Below are positions 47,994 to 58,420 of a stretch of DNA of 64,000 bases, piece by piece. Location: the NCBI GenBank assembly GCA_000146465.1, contig CP001951.1; one strand, given 5' to 3'. Below the pieces are notes generated by a model. It did not search any database, was not told the origin of the DNA, and was given only the letters and a program-made list of their open reading frames with translations. Within the stretch, counting starts at the first letter, position 1. The number at the start of each line of letters is the position of its first letter. Both the position numbers and the translations under genes were made by a program.

Positions 47994-49163
47994 CTAGAAA
48001 CCCCCAAGGTTTTTTTCGGAATATTTGATTTTCTTCTTGGGCATCGATTTGACACTTTCGTCTTCTTTTTCTGTGATTTGTTTGATAATTTCATAGAGAG
48101 TAGAAACCACTTTTCCAGGCCTAAAAACCCCCTTTGGTGTCTGTCTTGTTTCATACACCTCCTTAAGCATCTCGAGGTTGTCGGGGAATTTTACAAGATA
48201 ATTTCTATTCTTCTCCAAGCCTATCTTGATCTCCTTTACACATCCTTTGTTCCACATCACAAATTTCTCTTTAAAGAAGAAATAGCTCTTTTCTTCAACA
48301 AAGAAGAAACCTATAAGGTTCTCAACCTCGTATACAACGGTTTTGGAGTTGATTAGATCAAATCGGTCGCAGAATAAAAACTCTCCACCTCTCTTGTATA
48401 GCGCCAGCATTGATTTCCCTACAGAAATTTTCATGAAGTCCTCCAAAAAGATAGACTCTGCAGTCCTATCTTCTATGTTCAGAGATGTAACCCTGAAACC
48501 CTTGCTGGTCCCCTCCTGTATGTAAAGCCGATCCTTTAAAATAGTTAACTGTATTCTCAAGGGAGTTGAGTATATAGTGCTTACCTTGAGGTTATTGAGA
48601 TTCAAATGGAACACTTGCTTCACTCCCACAACTATCAGTTCCCGGAACAGATAGAAGTGTATGAAATTGACTCGGCCAGTATATGGAAATACTTTTTTGA
48701 TCCCGTCCTCGTCAAACAACAGAATCTCCTTGGAAGTCAGAACAAATACCTCTCCAAAAGAGGATGTGGACAAATCTATGGCGCTAATGGAAAACATGCT
48801 TACTTTCTTCTTCTCGTAAATATACATGTGTTTTTCTGTAAGAATAAATGCCTTTTGGTGCCCAGTCACTAGTCTTTTGCAAGTATCCTCTATTCGGAAG
48901 CTATACTTATACTTTCCAAGAACGTTAAAGAAATGGCCGTCACTCGAATATATCACGCTATCGTTATCTATTTTCTCCATGAAAGCTACTTGCGGTGGGC
49001 TCTTTGATTTAACGGCAGTCTTTCTAAATGGAAATGCTAAAGGAATATCCAACTCCTTCCTGCTAAAGTCGAACTTGCCATTATATTTTGGAGCTCCAAG
49101 CATCTTAAGCGCAAACGAATCGTTCAAGTACTTGGTTGGTTTCTCCTCAGGAAAAATTATCAT
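47994..49163 (-). CDS. hypothetical protein (389 aa, beta-rich, possibly propeller-like)
   Basis: Clean ORF from ATG 49163 with no P-loop or other diagnostic motif. Confidence 0.45.
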   Translation of the reverse strand: MIIFPEEKPTKYLNDSFALKMLGAPKYNGKFDFSRKELDIPLAFPFRKTAVKSKSPPQVAFMEKIDNDSVIYSSDGHFFNVLGKYKYSFRIEDTCKRLVTGHQKAFILTEKHMYIYEKKKVSMFSISAIDLSTSSFGEVFVLTSKEILLFDEDGIKKVFPYTGRVNFIHFYLFRELIVVGVKQVFHLNLNNLKVSTIYSTPLRIQLTILKDRLYIQEGTSKGFRVTSLNIEDRTAESIFLEDFMKISVGKSMLALYKRGGEFLFCDRFDLINSKTVVYEVENLIGFFFVEEKSYFFFKEKFVMWNKGCVKEIKIGLEKNRNYLVKFPDNLEMLKEVYETRQTPKGVFRPGKVVSTLYEIIKQITEKEDESVKSMPKKKIKYSEKNLGGF

Positions 49164-49294
49164 GGGTGTCTAGTGGAGTAAGGAAATGAGTTGGACGGTA
49201 GTGCTCGATATCAAGAGGTTATAGATCTGCTTTATAGTGCATTGGATATTTTGTACGAGATCTTCTAGAAGAGGATAGGAAGAGACCCCAGGAA

Positions 49295-51634
49295 ATGAAA
49301 TGCCAATACTGCGAAGTGGAGGAACTGCTCATAGAGTGTGTGGGGTGTGGAAAGCATTTCTGTAACTCGCGTAGTGCTTCATCGATATCTCATATAGTAT
49401 TTCATCTTGTAAAGGCAAAGCATAAGTCAATCCGAATTGGTGGAGACATCAAGTGCAGAAAGTGCGGAGAAGATAATTTGTTCAAACTCCTTGAGAACAA
49501 TGGGAAGATTTTCTGCAATGGATGCAGCTCGGGTAGAATGGTGGTTGAAGAGAGATGTCTCACTATAATCAAAAGCCCTGAAGTACAAGGAAAAAGATTG
49601 ACGAAGCAACAGATGGCAGAGATGGAAGAGAAGAGTATGGCGTCTCTTCCCTATGTTAAATCAAGGTTTGAAGCCAAGGAGTATGTTGAAGTGTTTTCTT
49701 CGCTAATTGAAGCTGAGTGCAAGAAGGAAAGAGAGATAAAGGAATCGATGAGGCAAGAGAATGTATTTGTTCGATGGGAGAAACTAAAGTACTGCTATTT
49801 TTACTTTCAGAATGGAGATAGTGAGCTGAAGATCAACATTGGAGATGAAATTAGATTGACACATAAGAGTGGATTTGTCCTACACGGATTTGTCAGTGGG
49901 GAGACTTTTAGCGAGGAGCTGAAAGTGGAGATAGAAACACCTGGAGACTATCCAAGAAGTGGATATACTGTGGAGTATCTCTGGAGAGGAATATGCTACG
50001 AGAGAATGGAATGGGCCTTAAGAAAGTTATACAATACATATAAGAAGGAGACAGACAAAATCAAAAGAAATAAGAATAAGAATGACGAAAGAAAGCCATG
50101 CGACAAAGGAATAGATGTCTGTAGGGATTTGAGTGTACAAAGACCAACGAATAGAGGCGATATCGGGGCTATGGGGGATGAAGGAAAGATGCAGAAAGGA
50201 AGGAAAAGTCTTAATGAAGGCCCATCGATATTTGAATATATCTTAAAAGGATATAAGGAAGGGATTGGGAATTCGGGGCATATTTTTCCGGTGCCGGATC
50301 TTCCCAGACTTAATGCTTCTCAAGAAATAGCTGTAAGAGCAGCTCTTGGAAGGAAGGTGACTCTGATACAGGGGCCTCCGGGGACAGGAAAGACCTTGGT
50401 CTCGTCTGCTATTGTTTATAACCTAGTAAAACACTACGGGGGAAAGGTTCTTGTTGTTGCTCCCAGCAACACTGCTGTAGATCAACTTACCTTAAAGATA
50501 CATAAGACGGGACTAAGAGTTCTGCGAGTGATGAGTAGGAGAAGGGAATGCGGGCAATCGGATGTGAACTTTCTTTCTCTTCATGAAAACTTGAAGGAGC
50601 TGCAAGAGGGAAGAAAGAAAAAAGATGAGTGCTATGGAGACCATAATAGATACAACAGCATTTACAACGATGAAACCAACGAGTCATTGAAAAAACACCT
50701 TTTGAATCAAGCAGAAGTTATCACTTGCACGTGTGTAACATCTGGCCAAAAGATGTTCAATAAGTTCCGATTCCACTATGTATTGATTGACGAAGCAGTC
50801 CAATCGACAGAGCCCTTGAGCCTTATCCCATTAGTGTATGGGTGTAAAAAGCTTGTGCTTGTTGGAGACCACAAGCAGCTGGGGCCCACTATTCTTTGCA
50901 AGAAGGTAGCACAAGCGGGATTCAAGCAAAGCTTGTTTGAAAGACTGATTTCAATTGGTGTGGTTCCCTATGTACTATCGGTTCAGTACAGGATGGATGC
51001 GGATCTTTGCGAATGGCCTTCTGAGATGTTTTACAACGGAGAACTTCTTACTGGAGGAAAGAACTTCTGCAGATTTGATCTTGGGATTCCAACGAACTTC
51101 TTCTATGTATGTTATGGAAGAGAAGAAGTCAGCCCAAGCGGAACCTCGTTTGTTAATCAGGCCGAAGCCTTGCATTGTGAAAGCATAATAAGACATCTGT
51201 TCAAGTGTGGTGTTACAGAGAATCAAATAGGAGTGATAACACCATATGAGGGACAAAGATCTTATATTCTAAATAGAATATTTGGAGCCGAGCCTGGAAA
51301 TCTTGAGATAAGCAATGTCGATGGTTTTCAGGGAAGAGAAAAGGACTTTATAATTGTTAGTCTTGTCCGAAGTAACCTATACCAGGGAATAGGGTTTGTT
51401 GGTGACAAGAGAAGAATGAATGTGATGCTGACAAGAGCAAAGCATGGGTTGGTAATAATAGGAAATCCAATGACTTTGATGAGACACGATATGTGGAGTA
51501 ATCTCTTGTCCTTCTATGATAGGAAAGGCCTTGTGATGGAGGGCCCTTTACACAATCTCAGACGAGTTGTTATAAAGCCCCCCAAGCTCTTCGACTTTAG
51601 AGAGATAAGCAGATCTCTTATGAATCAAATATAA
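49295..51634 (+). CDS. RNA helicase UPF1 (nonsense-mediated decay)
   Basis: N-terminal CH zinc-knuckle domain (CQYCE...CVGCGKHFC...H..KCRKCG...CNGC) and SF1 helicase motifs [48 protein letters not shown]. Confidence 0.85.
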   Translation: MKCQYCEVEELLIECVGCGKHFCNSRSASSISHIVFHLVKAKHKSIRIGGDIKCRKCGEDNLFKLLENNGKIFCNGCSSGRMVVEERCLTIIKSPEVQGKRLTKQQMAEMEEKSMASLPYVKSRFEAKEYVEVFSSLIEAECKKEREIKESMRQENVFVRWEKLKYCYFYFQNGDSELKINIGDEIRLTHKSGFVLHGFVSGETFSEELKVEIETPGDYPRSGYTVEYLWRGICYERMEWALRKLYNTYKKETDKIKRNKNKNDERKPCDKGIDVCRDLSVQRPTNRGDIGAMGDEGKMQKGRKSLNEGPSIFEYILKGYKEGIGNSGHIFPVPDLPRLNASQEIAVRAALGRKVTLIQGPPGTGKTLVSSAIVYNLVKHYGGKVLVVAPSNTAVDQLTLKIHKTGLRVLRVMSRRRECGQSDVNFLSLHENLKELQEGRKKKDECYGDHNRYNSIYNDETNESLKKHLLNQAEVITCTCVTSGQKMFNKFRFHYVLIDEAVQSTEPLSLIPLVYGCKKLVLVGDHKQLGPTILCKKVAQAGFKQSLFERLISIGVVPYVLSVQYRMDADLCEWPSEMFYNGELLTGGKNFCRFDLGIPTNFFYVCYGREEVSPSGTSFVNQAEALHCESIIRHLFKCGVTENQIGVITPYEGQRSYILNRIFGAEPGNLEISNVDGFQGREKDFIIVSLVRSNLYQGIGFVGDKRRMNVMLTRAKHGLVIIGNPMTLMRHDMWSNLLSFYDRKGLVMEGPLHNLRRVVIKPPKLFDFREISRSLMNQI

Positions 51635-51736
51635 AGGGATTTCCAATCAGAGGAGGGAAAGAACTACTGTTTGGAATTACTAAGAAATAAAAATTCTTGA
51701 ATTATTTTTATGTTCTTCTTTATGCTTTAAGAGGTT

Positions 51737-53671
51737 TTACAAGGTCTCTTTCTTAGGTATTTTGCTTTCACTGCCTACATCAATCTCTTCCTTTATGTCC
51801 AAAGCAGTCCTTCTGACTATAAACACAGGATCCTTTGTAAAGCTGTCAATGTTTAAGATCTCTCCAAAAAACTTAGGCCATTCTCTATACGAATGGAGTA
51901 GTGCTCTTCGATACCTCCAGTCATTCTCATAGTTCGTGCACAGAGTCTTGGATATTTTCAATAGGAATTCGTTATCTGGGAAGTGGTCTAGAACCCTGAT
52001 CTGAGAAAGAAAAGCCTTCCTGTAGCGTTTGCATACCTCAAGAACGATTCTTTCCAATTCTTGCTCTATACAAAACTCGGGGGAATTAAGCCGCTTGGCG
52101 TTCTTAAACGTCTTTTCGTCGCCCAGCATAGACATCTTCTCTTCATCCTTCGAGAGTTTGTTATTCTCCTCTGTGCTGTTAAATAAATTAAGAAGGATTT
52201 TGACTATCTCTTCCAGATCTTCGGCAATGTGTGCATAGACAGCATCCGAGACTCTTTCGATCTTGCTTTCGCATATCTCCTCAAGGATAAGGAACATTTT
52301 CTTGTGGGGAAAAGACCGGAGAAACTTGATGTACAGCTTGCTTATGTTGGAATAGTCGTTGACAGACGAAATAGATATCGATCCAAAAGTGTCTGCACAC
52401 CATTCGATGTAAAGCCCGAAAGTTGTGTCTGTTACAGGTAGATTATCAGACTTCAGCATCTCTCTTTTTGAATTCCTCATTCTCCCAATCATAGCCTCCA
52501 AGACTCCAGAATCTATTGCTTTTAACTTGAATATGTGGGAGGCACATACAGGTTCGTACTCTGTGCCTATATACTTCTCAAACAAATCTAGAAGTTCCTT
52601 GTCAAAAGACAAGCTAAGATATAAGGCAACATTCTCAAGGAAAAACCTCGGAGAAACAGACTCAATGTCCAGCAGATACTTCTTAGCCTCCTTCAGACAT
52701 CGGCTTTCATCCGAGGGCTTATAGGAAGCACACAGACAAGTCTTGTCTTCCGATTCTTCAACTCTACATCTACAAACTCCATCATGACATTCCTCTTCAT
52801 ATGGTCTTTGGTGAGGTCGGCACTCAAGAGTGTCCCCTTCCAACTTGTTTTTAGCTTCCTCCCGATCTTTACTGTTATTTGATGGCGAAGTAGTAGATTC
52901 AAAAAATGGCTTGTCTTGGCTAAAACTTAGTTCCTCAGGGAGTCCCTCCATTCCATCTTCTCTTCTGCCTCCCCCCGCACTATCAATCGAATAGAAATCC
53001 GTTTTCTTTTCGCATTCTACTCCTTTATCGTCCCCAAGCTCCCCTACCGAGGATATTTTCATGTTTTTGATCCACTCTTCCATTTCCAAACTGCTCATTT
53101 CCCTGGCGTCCTTGCATCGCCCACACTTATACTTCAAGCTTCTTTCCCTCATAAGCCTGACCTTCAAGAGATACAGCTCCACAAGAAAATCCTTTTTCTT
53201 CTCAAACATTTCAAACAGCTCGTCAAACTCCGCCCTGCTTGTTCTGGTAAATAGGAAGGCTACAATATCAACCACCTGTTTTGTGCATATTCTGGCAAAC
53301 GGAAGAATAAGCTTGTAAAGGTAGTCTATGTATCCTGTAGAGACTTTATTTTCCCCACTGCTGATTGAAAGACCGCATTTACTGGCAACAAAACTTATTT
53401 CTTCATCTTCTTTTTGTTTTTCAAAATGGTCTTGTAAAGCATTTCCAACCATCTCCAACACAATCAGACTTGTGTTAAAATCCAATAGCTTGGTCCCCAT
53501 CATAATCTTGACCATCTTCTCAAAATCTACTGCCGAGTGGCTATACACCTGCTGAATATTTCTGTATGCCCACACAACATTCTCCGGGTCGTTCATATTC
53601 AAGCTGTCGATCCGGAAAGAAAAGTCCTGGATGTCTGTACAGCCAGCTCCCTTGATCTTGCTGTCCCCCAT
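51737..53671 (-). CDS. hypothetical protein with Cys-rich segments
   Basis: About 645 aa, no family recognised. Cys clusters CGRCKDARE and CHDGVCRCRVEESEDKTCLCASYKPSDESRC. Track start 53683 is TTG; first ATG is 53671. Confidence 0.5.
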   Translation of the reverse strand: MGDSKIKGAGCTDIQDFSFRIDSLNMNDPENVVWAYRNIQQVYSHSAVDFEKMVKIMMGTKLLDFNTSLIVLEMVGNALQDHFEKQKEDEEISFVASKCGLSISSGENKVSTGYIDYLYKLILPFARICTKQVVDIVAFLFTRTSRAEFDELFEMFEKKKDFLVELYLLKVRLMRERSLKYKCGRCKDAREMSSLEMEEWIKNMKISSVGELGDDKGVECEKKTDFYSIDSAGGGRREDGMEGLPEELSFSQDKPFFESTTSPSNNSKDREEAKNKLEGDTLECRPHQRPYEEECHDGVCRCRVEESEDKTCLCASYKPSDESRCLKEAKKYLLDIESVSPRFFLENVALYLSLSFDKELLDLFEKYIGTEYEPVCASHIFKLKAIDSGVLEAMIGRMRNSKREMLKSDNLPVTDTTFGLYIEWCADTFGSISISSVNDYSNISKLYIKFLRSFPHKKMFLILEEICESKIERVSDAVYAHIAEDLEEIVKILLNLFNSTEENNKLSKDEEKMSMLGDEKTFKNAKRLNSPEFCIEQELERIVLEVCKRYRKAFLSQIRVLDHFPDNEFLLKISKTLCTNYENDWRYRRALLHSYREWPKFFGEILNIDSFTKDPVFIVRRTALDIKEEIDVGSESKIPKKETL

Positions 53672-53975
53672 CAATGGGGTCAAAAATCAACATTTATTTC
53701 GAGATCTGCCGCTCACCAGATTTAAAATTATGTATATCTTTATACCTTTTCATTACCATCATGGTCTTAAGATACTCCAATTAATACTCCATTAATCTAC
53801 TGTATGATAAATTCTATTGATTTTGGATATGTCATAAGGAACTTTTCATCACATGATTTTACACTCAGACTACAAAGGATATATAATAGACTCTAGTAGT
53901 ATCAGATTAATTACGAATATTTCCAAAACAAGAAAAAGAACACGTCTCTAGAACATATTCTTTGTAGTTTAAATG

Positions 53976-53983
53976 TATAAATA
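53976..53983 (+). promoter_or_regulatory. TATA-like element (TATAAATA) about 26 bp upstream of the SWP1-like ATG
   Basis: Seen directly; lies in a 326-bp AT-rich spacer that is unusually long for this window. Confidence 0.25.
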
Positions 53984-54008
53984 GAATGCAATAGGAAGGA
54001 AATTAAAG

Positions 54009-55175
54009 ATGATAAAGCTCTCACTTCTCCTAAGTCTAGCGAGCTTCACTGCAGTTCTTGCAAACCAAAGGCCTCGCTGCCAAAGATGCCCAGTGAGCAG
54101 CAGTAAGTACTTCCAACAAAATAATCTTCTTGGAAGCAGGTTCCAAAACGAGGTACAGAGACTTTGCGCCCGCCGTGTGCGAGAAGAAAGTTCTTCTGAA
54201 TCATCCTCTTCCTCTAGCTCTGAAGACTGCTCCCGAAGAAGGAGAAGACCCCACAGAGAATGGGAGGACAGCTGTTCATCATCATATTCTTCTTGCAGTA
54301 GCACAGATAGCTGCTCTTCAAGCGCCCCCTGCCCACCTCCAGTGGCTCAAAGGTGTGATATCGAACTCAAGACTCCTATAATCCTGATGGGAGAAAGGAT
54401 CTACGAATTCCTCAAGAACTACGAGGACCAGTACAAGAAGGCTGTTCTTCTTTTCTTGACCAATATCCTTTCGCAGATCTCAGGATTCAACCCAGTCTTC
54501 CCTGGTGGAGACTACGATGCTCTGATTGAACAACTCAAGACACTTGGAGTCACTGTCCCAGCAAACACTGCTGCCGAGCTTGCCGCCATAGATGCTGCTG
54601 AGTCGTCAGCCCTCACAAGGGCCATTCAGGCCAATGCACAGAAGGTAATTAGCGATCTACTTACCAGGGTCAGTGCCATGTGCTACTTGGACATCATGAG
54701 CCTTGTCAACAGTGGTCTTCTAGCCAGCCAAGTCTCAAGTGTTTTCAACAACATCCAGCCAATAATCACCATTGCCGGAAATGATTTGTTTGCCAAACAG
54801 ATGGCAGTGTTCCAGAAGATACCAGGAACTCTGCCCTCCGCTGCCATCACAGCTATCACCAATGCTCTCCAAGGCAACAGGACCAACTTTGTCACATTCT
54901 TTACAACTCAGACAAGCAATCTGCAAACAAGCGTCCAGAACTCTCTTACAACCCTGATTTCTGAGCTTGAGAAGCTGGCCACCGACACGGAGACTGCCTT
55001 CACAGCTTTTGCAAATGCAGAAATTTCAGCACTTATAAGCAGAATCTTCCCAACATCCACCACATCTTCGGGATCCGGAGACTCTACAGGGTCTGGAAGC
55101 ACGGGAGATGCAGGAGATGCGGGAGATACAGGAGAGGACGGCGGAGATGATGAGGGTACAGAAGGAACTGGTTAG
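54009..55175 (+). CDS. secreted Cys-rich spore wall protein, SWP1-like
   Basis: Signal peptide [18 protein letters not shown]; exactly 10 Cys, all in the N-terminal two-thirds; Ser-rich acidic stretch; C-terminal Gly/Ser/Thr/Asp repeats ([30 protein letters not shown]). The gene is visibly GC-richer than its neighbours. Length and Cys count fit published descriptions of Encephalitozoon SWP1. Confidence 0.6.
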   Translation: MIKLSLLLSLASFTAVLANQRPRCQRCPVSSSKYFQQNNLLGSRFQNEVQRLCARRVREESSSESSSSSSSEDCSRRRRRPHREWEDSCSSSYSSCSSTDSCSSSAPCPPPVAQRCDIELKTPIILMGERIYEFLKNYEDQYKKAVLLFLTNILSQISGFNPVFPGGDYDALIEQLKTLGVTVPANTAAELAAIDAAESSALTRAIQANAQKVISDLLTRVSAMCYLDIMSLVNSGLLASQVSSVFNNIQPIITIAGNDLFAKQMAVFQKIPGTLPSAAITAITNALQGNRTNFVTFFTTQTSNLQTSVQNSLTTLISELEKLATDTETAFTAFANAEISALISRIFPTSTTSSGSGDSTGSGSTGDAGDAGDTGEDGGDDEGTEGTG

Positions 55176-55370
55176 AACTACCTATCCTAATGTCTGAGTC
55201 CGGAATCGGCTGTTATAAAGCATAGCAAAATATCAGCCAGGACTCAAATGGCCTCGTGGTTAGAATATGCCCATATACTATCTTCGCTGATATCAAGGCT
55301 TTTCACAAGGCTGTAAATAAAACTGATTTCCAAACTAGTGTATTTTAACGATGTGTGGTTGGGAAGACCC

Positions 55371-56723
55371 ATGAAGTTTGAGGATTTGAAAATCGACCAA
55401 AGAATTGAGAAAGGATTAAGAGAAAGTGGATTTGTAGATATGAAAGAAATTCAGCAGAAGGTTATTCCAATGGCACTGGAAGGACATGACATAATTGGAT
55501 CTTCGCAGACCGGAACGGGAAAAACGCTTGCTTTTCTTGTTCCCATTTTGCAGAAGTTAACCGATCTCCAATGGAGCGGAGGAGATGGTCTTGGATGCGT
55601 GATAATCACTCCAACACGTGAACTGGCCTTACAGATATTCGACGTCCTCAGTAAAGTTGGAAAATACACTGTATTGAGCACAGGATTGATTATGGGGGGA
55701 CTTGAGACAGAAAACGAATCTTTAAGATTGAGCAATATGAACATTCTAGTATGCACACCGGGGAGGTTTCTCCAGCATCTGCAGGAGAATCCTTATCTAA
55801 ATACCGGGGGGATCCAGATACTGGTTCTTGATGAGGCCGACAAGATGATAGAGATGGGGTTCAAAGAGACTTTGGAAGATATACTTGGGTACATTCCTTC
55901 TAAGAAGCAGACCTTGCTGTTTTCTGCAACACCCAAAGCCTCAACGGCTAGAATCCTAAGGTTAGAAGATCCCAAGATCGTTTCTATGTATAAGGAAGAG
56001 GGATTTCCATCTCAACTACACCAATATTTCTATATGATGAGGATGGAAGACAAGGTCAATTATCTACATACGTTTATTGGAAGTAATCCTGGAGTTAAAG
56101 GAATTGTATTCTTTAGTACTTGCAAAGAAGTTAAGTTTCATTATCTTTTGTTTGAAAAGCTTAAGCTTCGCAATAGAATCTTTTGTCTCAGCGGTGGTAT
56201 GTCGCAAAAGCAAAGAATAGATACGTTCAAAAAGTTTGTGAGAGAGAAAAACGGAATTCTGTTCTGCACGGATCTGGGCTCCAGAGGACTGGATTTTCCT
56301 AAAGTTGATGTGGTTATACAATATGATTGCCCATGCAATATTGAAACGTACGTCCATCGTGTGGGAAGAACAGCCCGAAATAATGAGGGTGGAGAGTCCT
56401 ATGTGTATCTTGTTTATGGAGAGGAAAAACTTCTTGGGGATATTCAGAAGAAAGGATGGATTAAAAAACAAGAAACTGAAAGTAAAGATGAAGAAGACAG
56501 AGGTAGCTCTGAAGAAATTGTAGAGGGGCCAAATATCCGTATCAAGTCCATTGATAGGATGATTAAAGGCCTTATAAAGTCAAACAAGGAACTTAATGAG
56601 TATTGTAGGAAGTATCTTACTACATACGAGAAGTTCCTTACATTCAGTAGTAAAAGATATTCCGAGAGCATAATAAGAAAGATCTCAATCCTATACGAAT
56701 ATTTTGGGATTTCAAAAGATTAG
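55371..56723 (+). CDS. DEAD-box ATP-dependent RNA helicase (Dbp4/DDX10-like)
   Basis: Q motif region; GSSQTGTGKT, PTRELALQ, ILVCTPGRFLQHL, VLDEADKM, SAT, HRVGRTAR. Track start 55338 is GTG; first ATG is 55371. Confidence 0.85.
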   Translation: MKFEDLKIDQRIEKGLRESGFVDMKEIQQKVIPMALEGHDIIGSSQTGTGKTLAFLVPILQKLTDLQWSGGDGLGCVIITPTRELALQIFDVLSKVGKYTVLSTGLIMGGLETENESLRLSNMNILVCTPGRFLQHLQENPYLNTGGIQILVLDEADKMIEMGFKETLEDILGYIPSKKQTLLFSATPKASTARILRLEDPKIVSMYKEEGFPSQLHQYFYMMRMEDKVNYLHTFIGSNPGVKGIVFFSTCKEVKFHYLLFEKLKLRNRIFCLSGGMSQKQRIDTFKKFVREKNGILFCTDLGSRGLDFPKVDVVIQYDCPCNIETYVHRVGRTARNNEGGESYVYLVYGEEKLLGDIQKKGWIKKQETESKDEEDRGSSEEIVEGPNIRIKSIDRMIKGLIKSNKELNEYCRKYLTTYEKFLTFSSKRYSESIIRKISILYEYFGISKD

Positions 56724-56777
56724 AGACCTGTTTATTTATTAAACAAACATCAGCATTTTGTATTTTTAGCAGTAGAG

Positions 56778-58016
56778 CTAATACTCGTTTAATCTCAAGA
56801 GCTGATTATATTTGCTAACTCTTTCTCCCCGACAGGGTGCACCTGACTTTATGTATTCTGCCCCAACACCCACCGAGAGATCGCTTATAAAATGATCCTC
56901 TGTTTCTCCGCTCCTATGAGAAACCATGATTTTCATTCCATGTCTTCGAGCCACCTTTATTGCATTTATTGTTTCGCTAACTGTTCCTATCTGGTTAGGT
57001 TTTACTAAGAGTGTATTGCACATTTTTCTTATTCCTGCATTCTCGACAAGTTGCGGATTGGTGACAGTCAAGTCATCCCCAACAATATTGATTTTGTTTC
57101 CAACCTCGGAGTTTATCCATGTCCATCCATCATAATCCTCTTCAGAGAATGGATCCTCGAGACTATATATCTGAGGATATTCCCTAAGAATTCTCATGTA
57201 TTTTTCTCCTAGATCTCTTGTTGTATAAACTTCACCATCGAGATGGTATTTCCCGTCTCTTAGGAATTCGTTGGCTGCAAAATCAATGGCAATTTTCATT
57301 TCTGTTCTTTTGCATCTTCTGGATGCCTCTAACACCAGCTCCAATCCTTCTTCTAGCTTCTCGATTGGCGGTGCAAACCCCCCTTCATCTCCCACCGAGG
57401 TATATAAGGCACCGTACCTTTCAGATATTGTTTTCTTTAGAGATTCGTAAAACACGCATCCGGACTCTATATTTTTCTCTAAGTCATCGTATTGATATAC
57501 AACCATTATTTCCTGGACATCCATTTTATTTCCAGAATGAATCCCTCCATTTAAAACATTGAAGTGAGGAATGGGAATCTTTCTTTTGAACATTCCTATG
57601 TCCGAAAGGAATTCGTCAACTCGTCTATTTGAATATGCTGCACCCATTTTGCAGAATGCAGTGGAAAGTGCGATTATTCCATTTCCTCCAATTCTCGACT
57701 TGTCTTTTGTCCCATCCAGCTTCAATAAGCAATCGTCTATCCCTTGCAGATCATCAACAGGACACTCCAGCTCAAATATACTTTTTGTTGCAACCTCATT
57801 AATATTGTTTATTACAGTCTTAACTCCTCTTCCATTATAGGACTTCCCTCCGTCAGAAACCACCACGGCTTCTTTGGAGCCTCGAGAAGCACCTGACGGA
57901 CAAGAAGACCTATAAACACCTTTTGATGTTATCAAATCAACCTCAATTGTTGGATGCCCTCGGCTTGTTAGTATCATTCTTGGCTTGATTTCTTCTAAAG
58001 CATCTTTGACTTTCAT
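56778..58016 (-). CDS. enolase
   Basis: C-terminus SHRSGETEDHFISDLSVGVGAEYIKSGAPCRGERVSKYNQLLRL; N-terminal SRGHPTIEVDL. Track start 58067 is TTG; first ATG is 58016. Confidence 0.9.
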   Translation of the reverse strand: MKVKDALEEIKPRMILTSRGHPTIEVDLITSKGVYRSSCPSGASRGSKEAVVVSDGGKSYNGRGVKTVINNINEVATKSIFELECPVDDLQGIDDCLLKLDGTKDKSRIGGNGIIALSTAFCKMGAAYSNRRVDEFLSDIGMFKRKIPIPHFNVLNGGIHSGNKMDVQEIMVVYQYDDLEKNIESGCVFYESLKKTISERYGALYTSVGDEGGFAPPIEKLEEGLELVLEASRRCKRTEMKIAIDFAANEFLRDGKYHLDGEVYTTRDLGEKYMRILREYPQIYSLEDPFSEEDYDGWTWINSEVGNKINIVGDDLTVTNPQLVENAGIRKMCNTLLVKPNQIGTVSETINAIKVARRHGMKIMVSHRSGETEDHFISDLSVGVGAEYIKSGAPCRGERVSKYNQLLRLNEY

Positions 58017-58083
58017 CTTGGTTTTGTTTTTAGATCTTGGATTGAGTCTATAAATGGTATTATCCAATTCCCTTTGACAGGAA

Positions 58084-58374
58084 ATGAAGAAAGACTTTTC
58101 AAAACACTTGAAGTATCTTTATATTACGGCACTCAATATGATTGGAATTCCATCATTACATAGAAGAAAAACCAAGAAAATGAAAATGATATCCAACAAA
58201 TACCAGGTAAGACTGTCCCGAGAAATAAAGAGGACATTATGTTCTACTTGTCTCTCGATTCTTGTTCCAGGATTCAATTGCACATCAAGAATAGTGAGGA
58301 AAGAGAACGGTCTATGTCTTAAAACTGTATGTGGATGTGGAAGTGAGAAAATCTTTGTGGCCCAAGGAAGATAA
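58084..58374 (+). CDS. RNase P protein subunit Rpr2/Rpp21
   Basis: KRTLCSTCLSILVPGFNCTSR...C.C.C zinc ribbon, collinear with the Rpp21 family; 96 aa. Confidence 0.7.
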   Translation: MKKDFSKHLKYLYITALNMIGIPSLHRRKTKKMKMISNKYQVRLSREIKRTLCSTCLSILVPGFNCTSRIVRKENGLCLKTVCGCGSEKIFVAQGR

Positions 58375-58420
58375 TTCCAAGGTCTTCTATCTGACAATAG
58401 ATCAATTATGAAACACGGCC

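Noticed and set aside
54009-55175. Possibility that the secreted 388-aa protein is a polar tube protein (PTP1/PTP2)
   Set aside because: Composition is Ser/Thr/Ala-rich and acidic with 10 Cys. It is not Pro/Gly-rich (PTP1) or Lys-rich and basic (PTP2). It fits the spore wall SWP1 description better.
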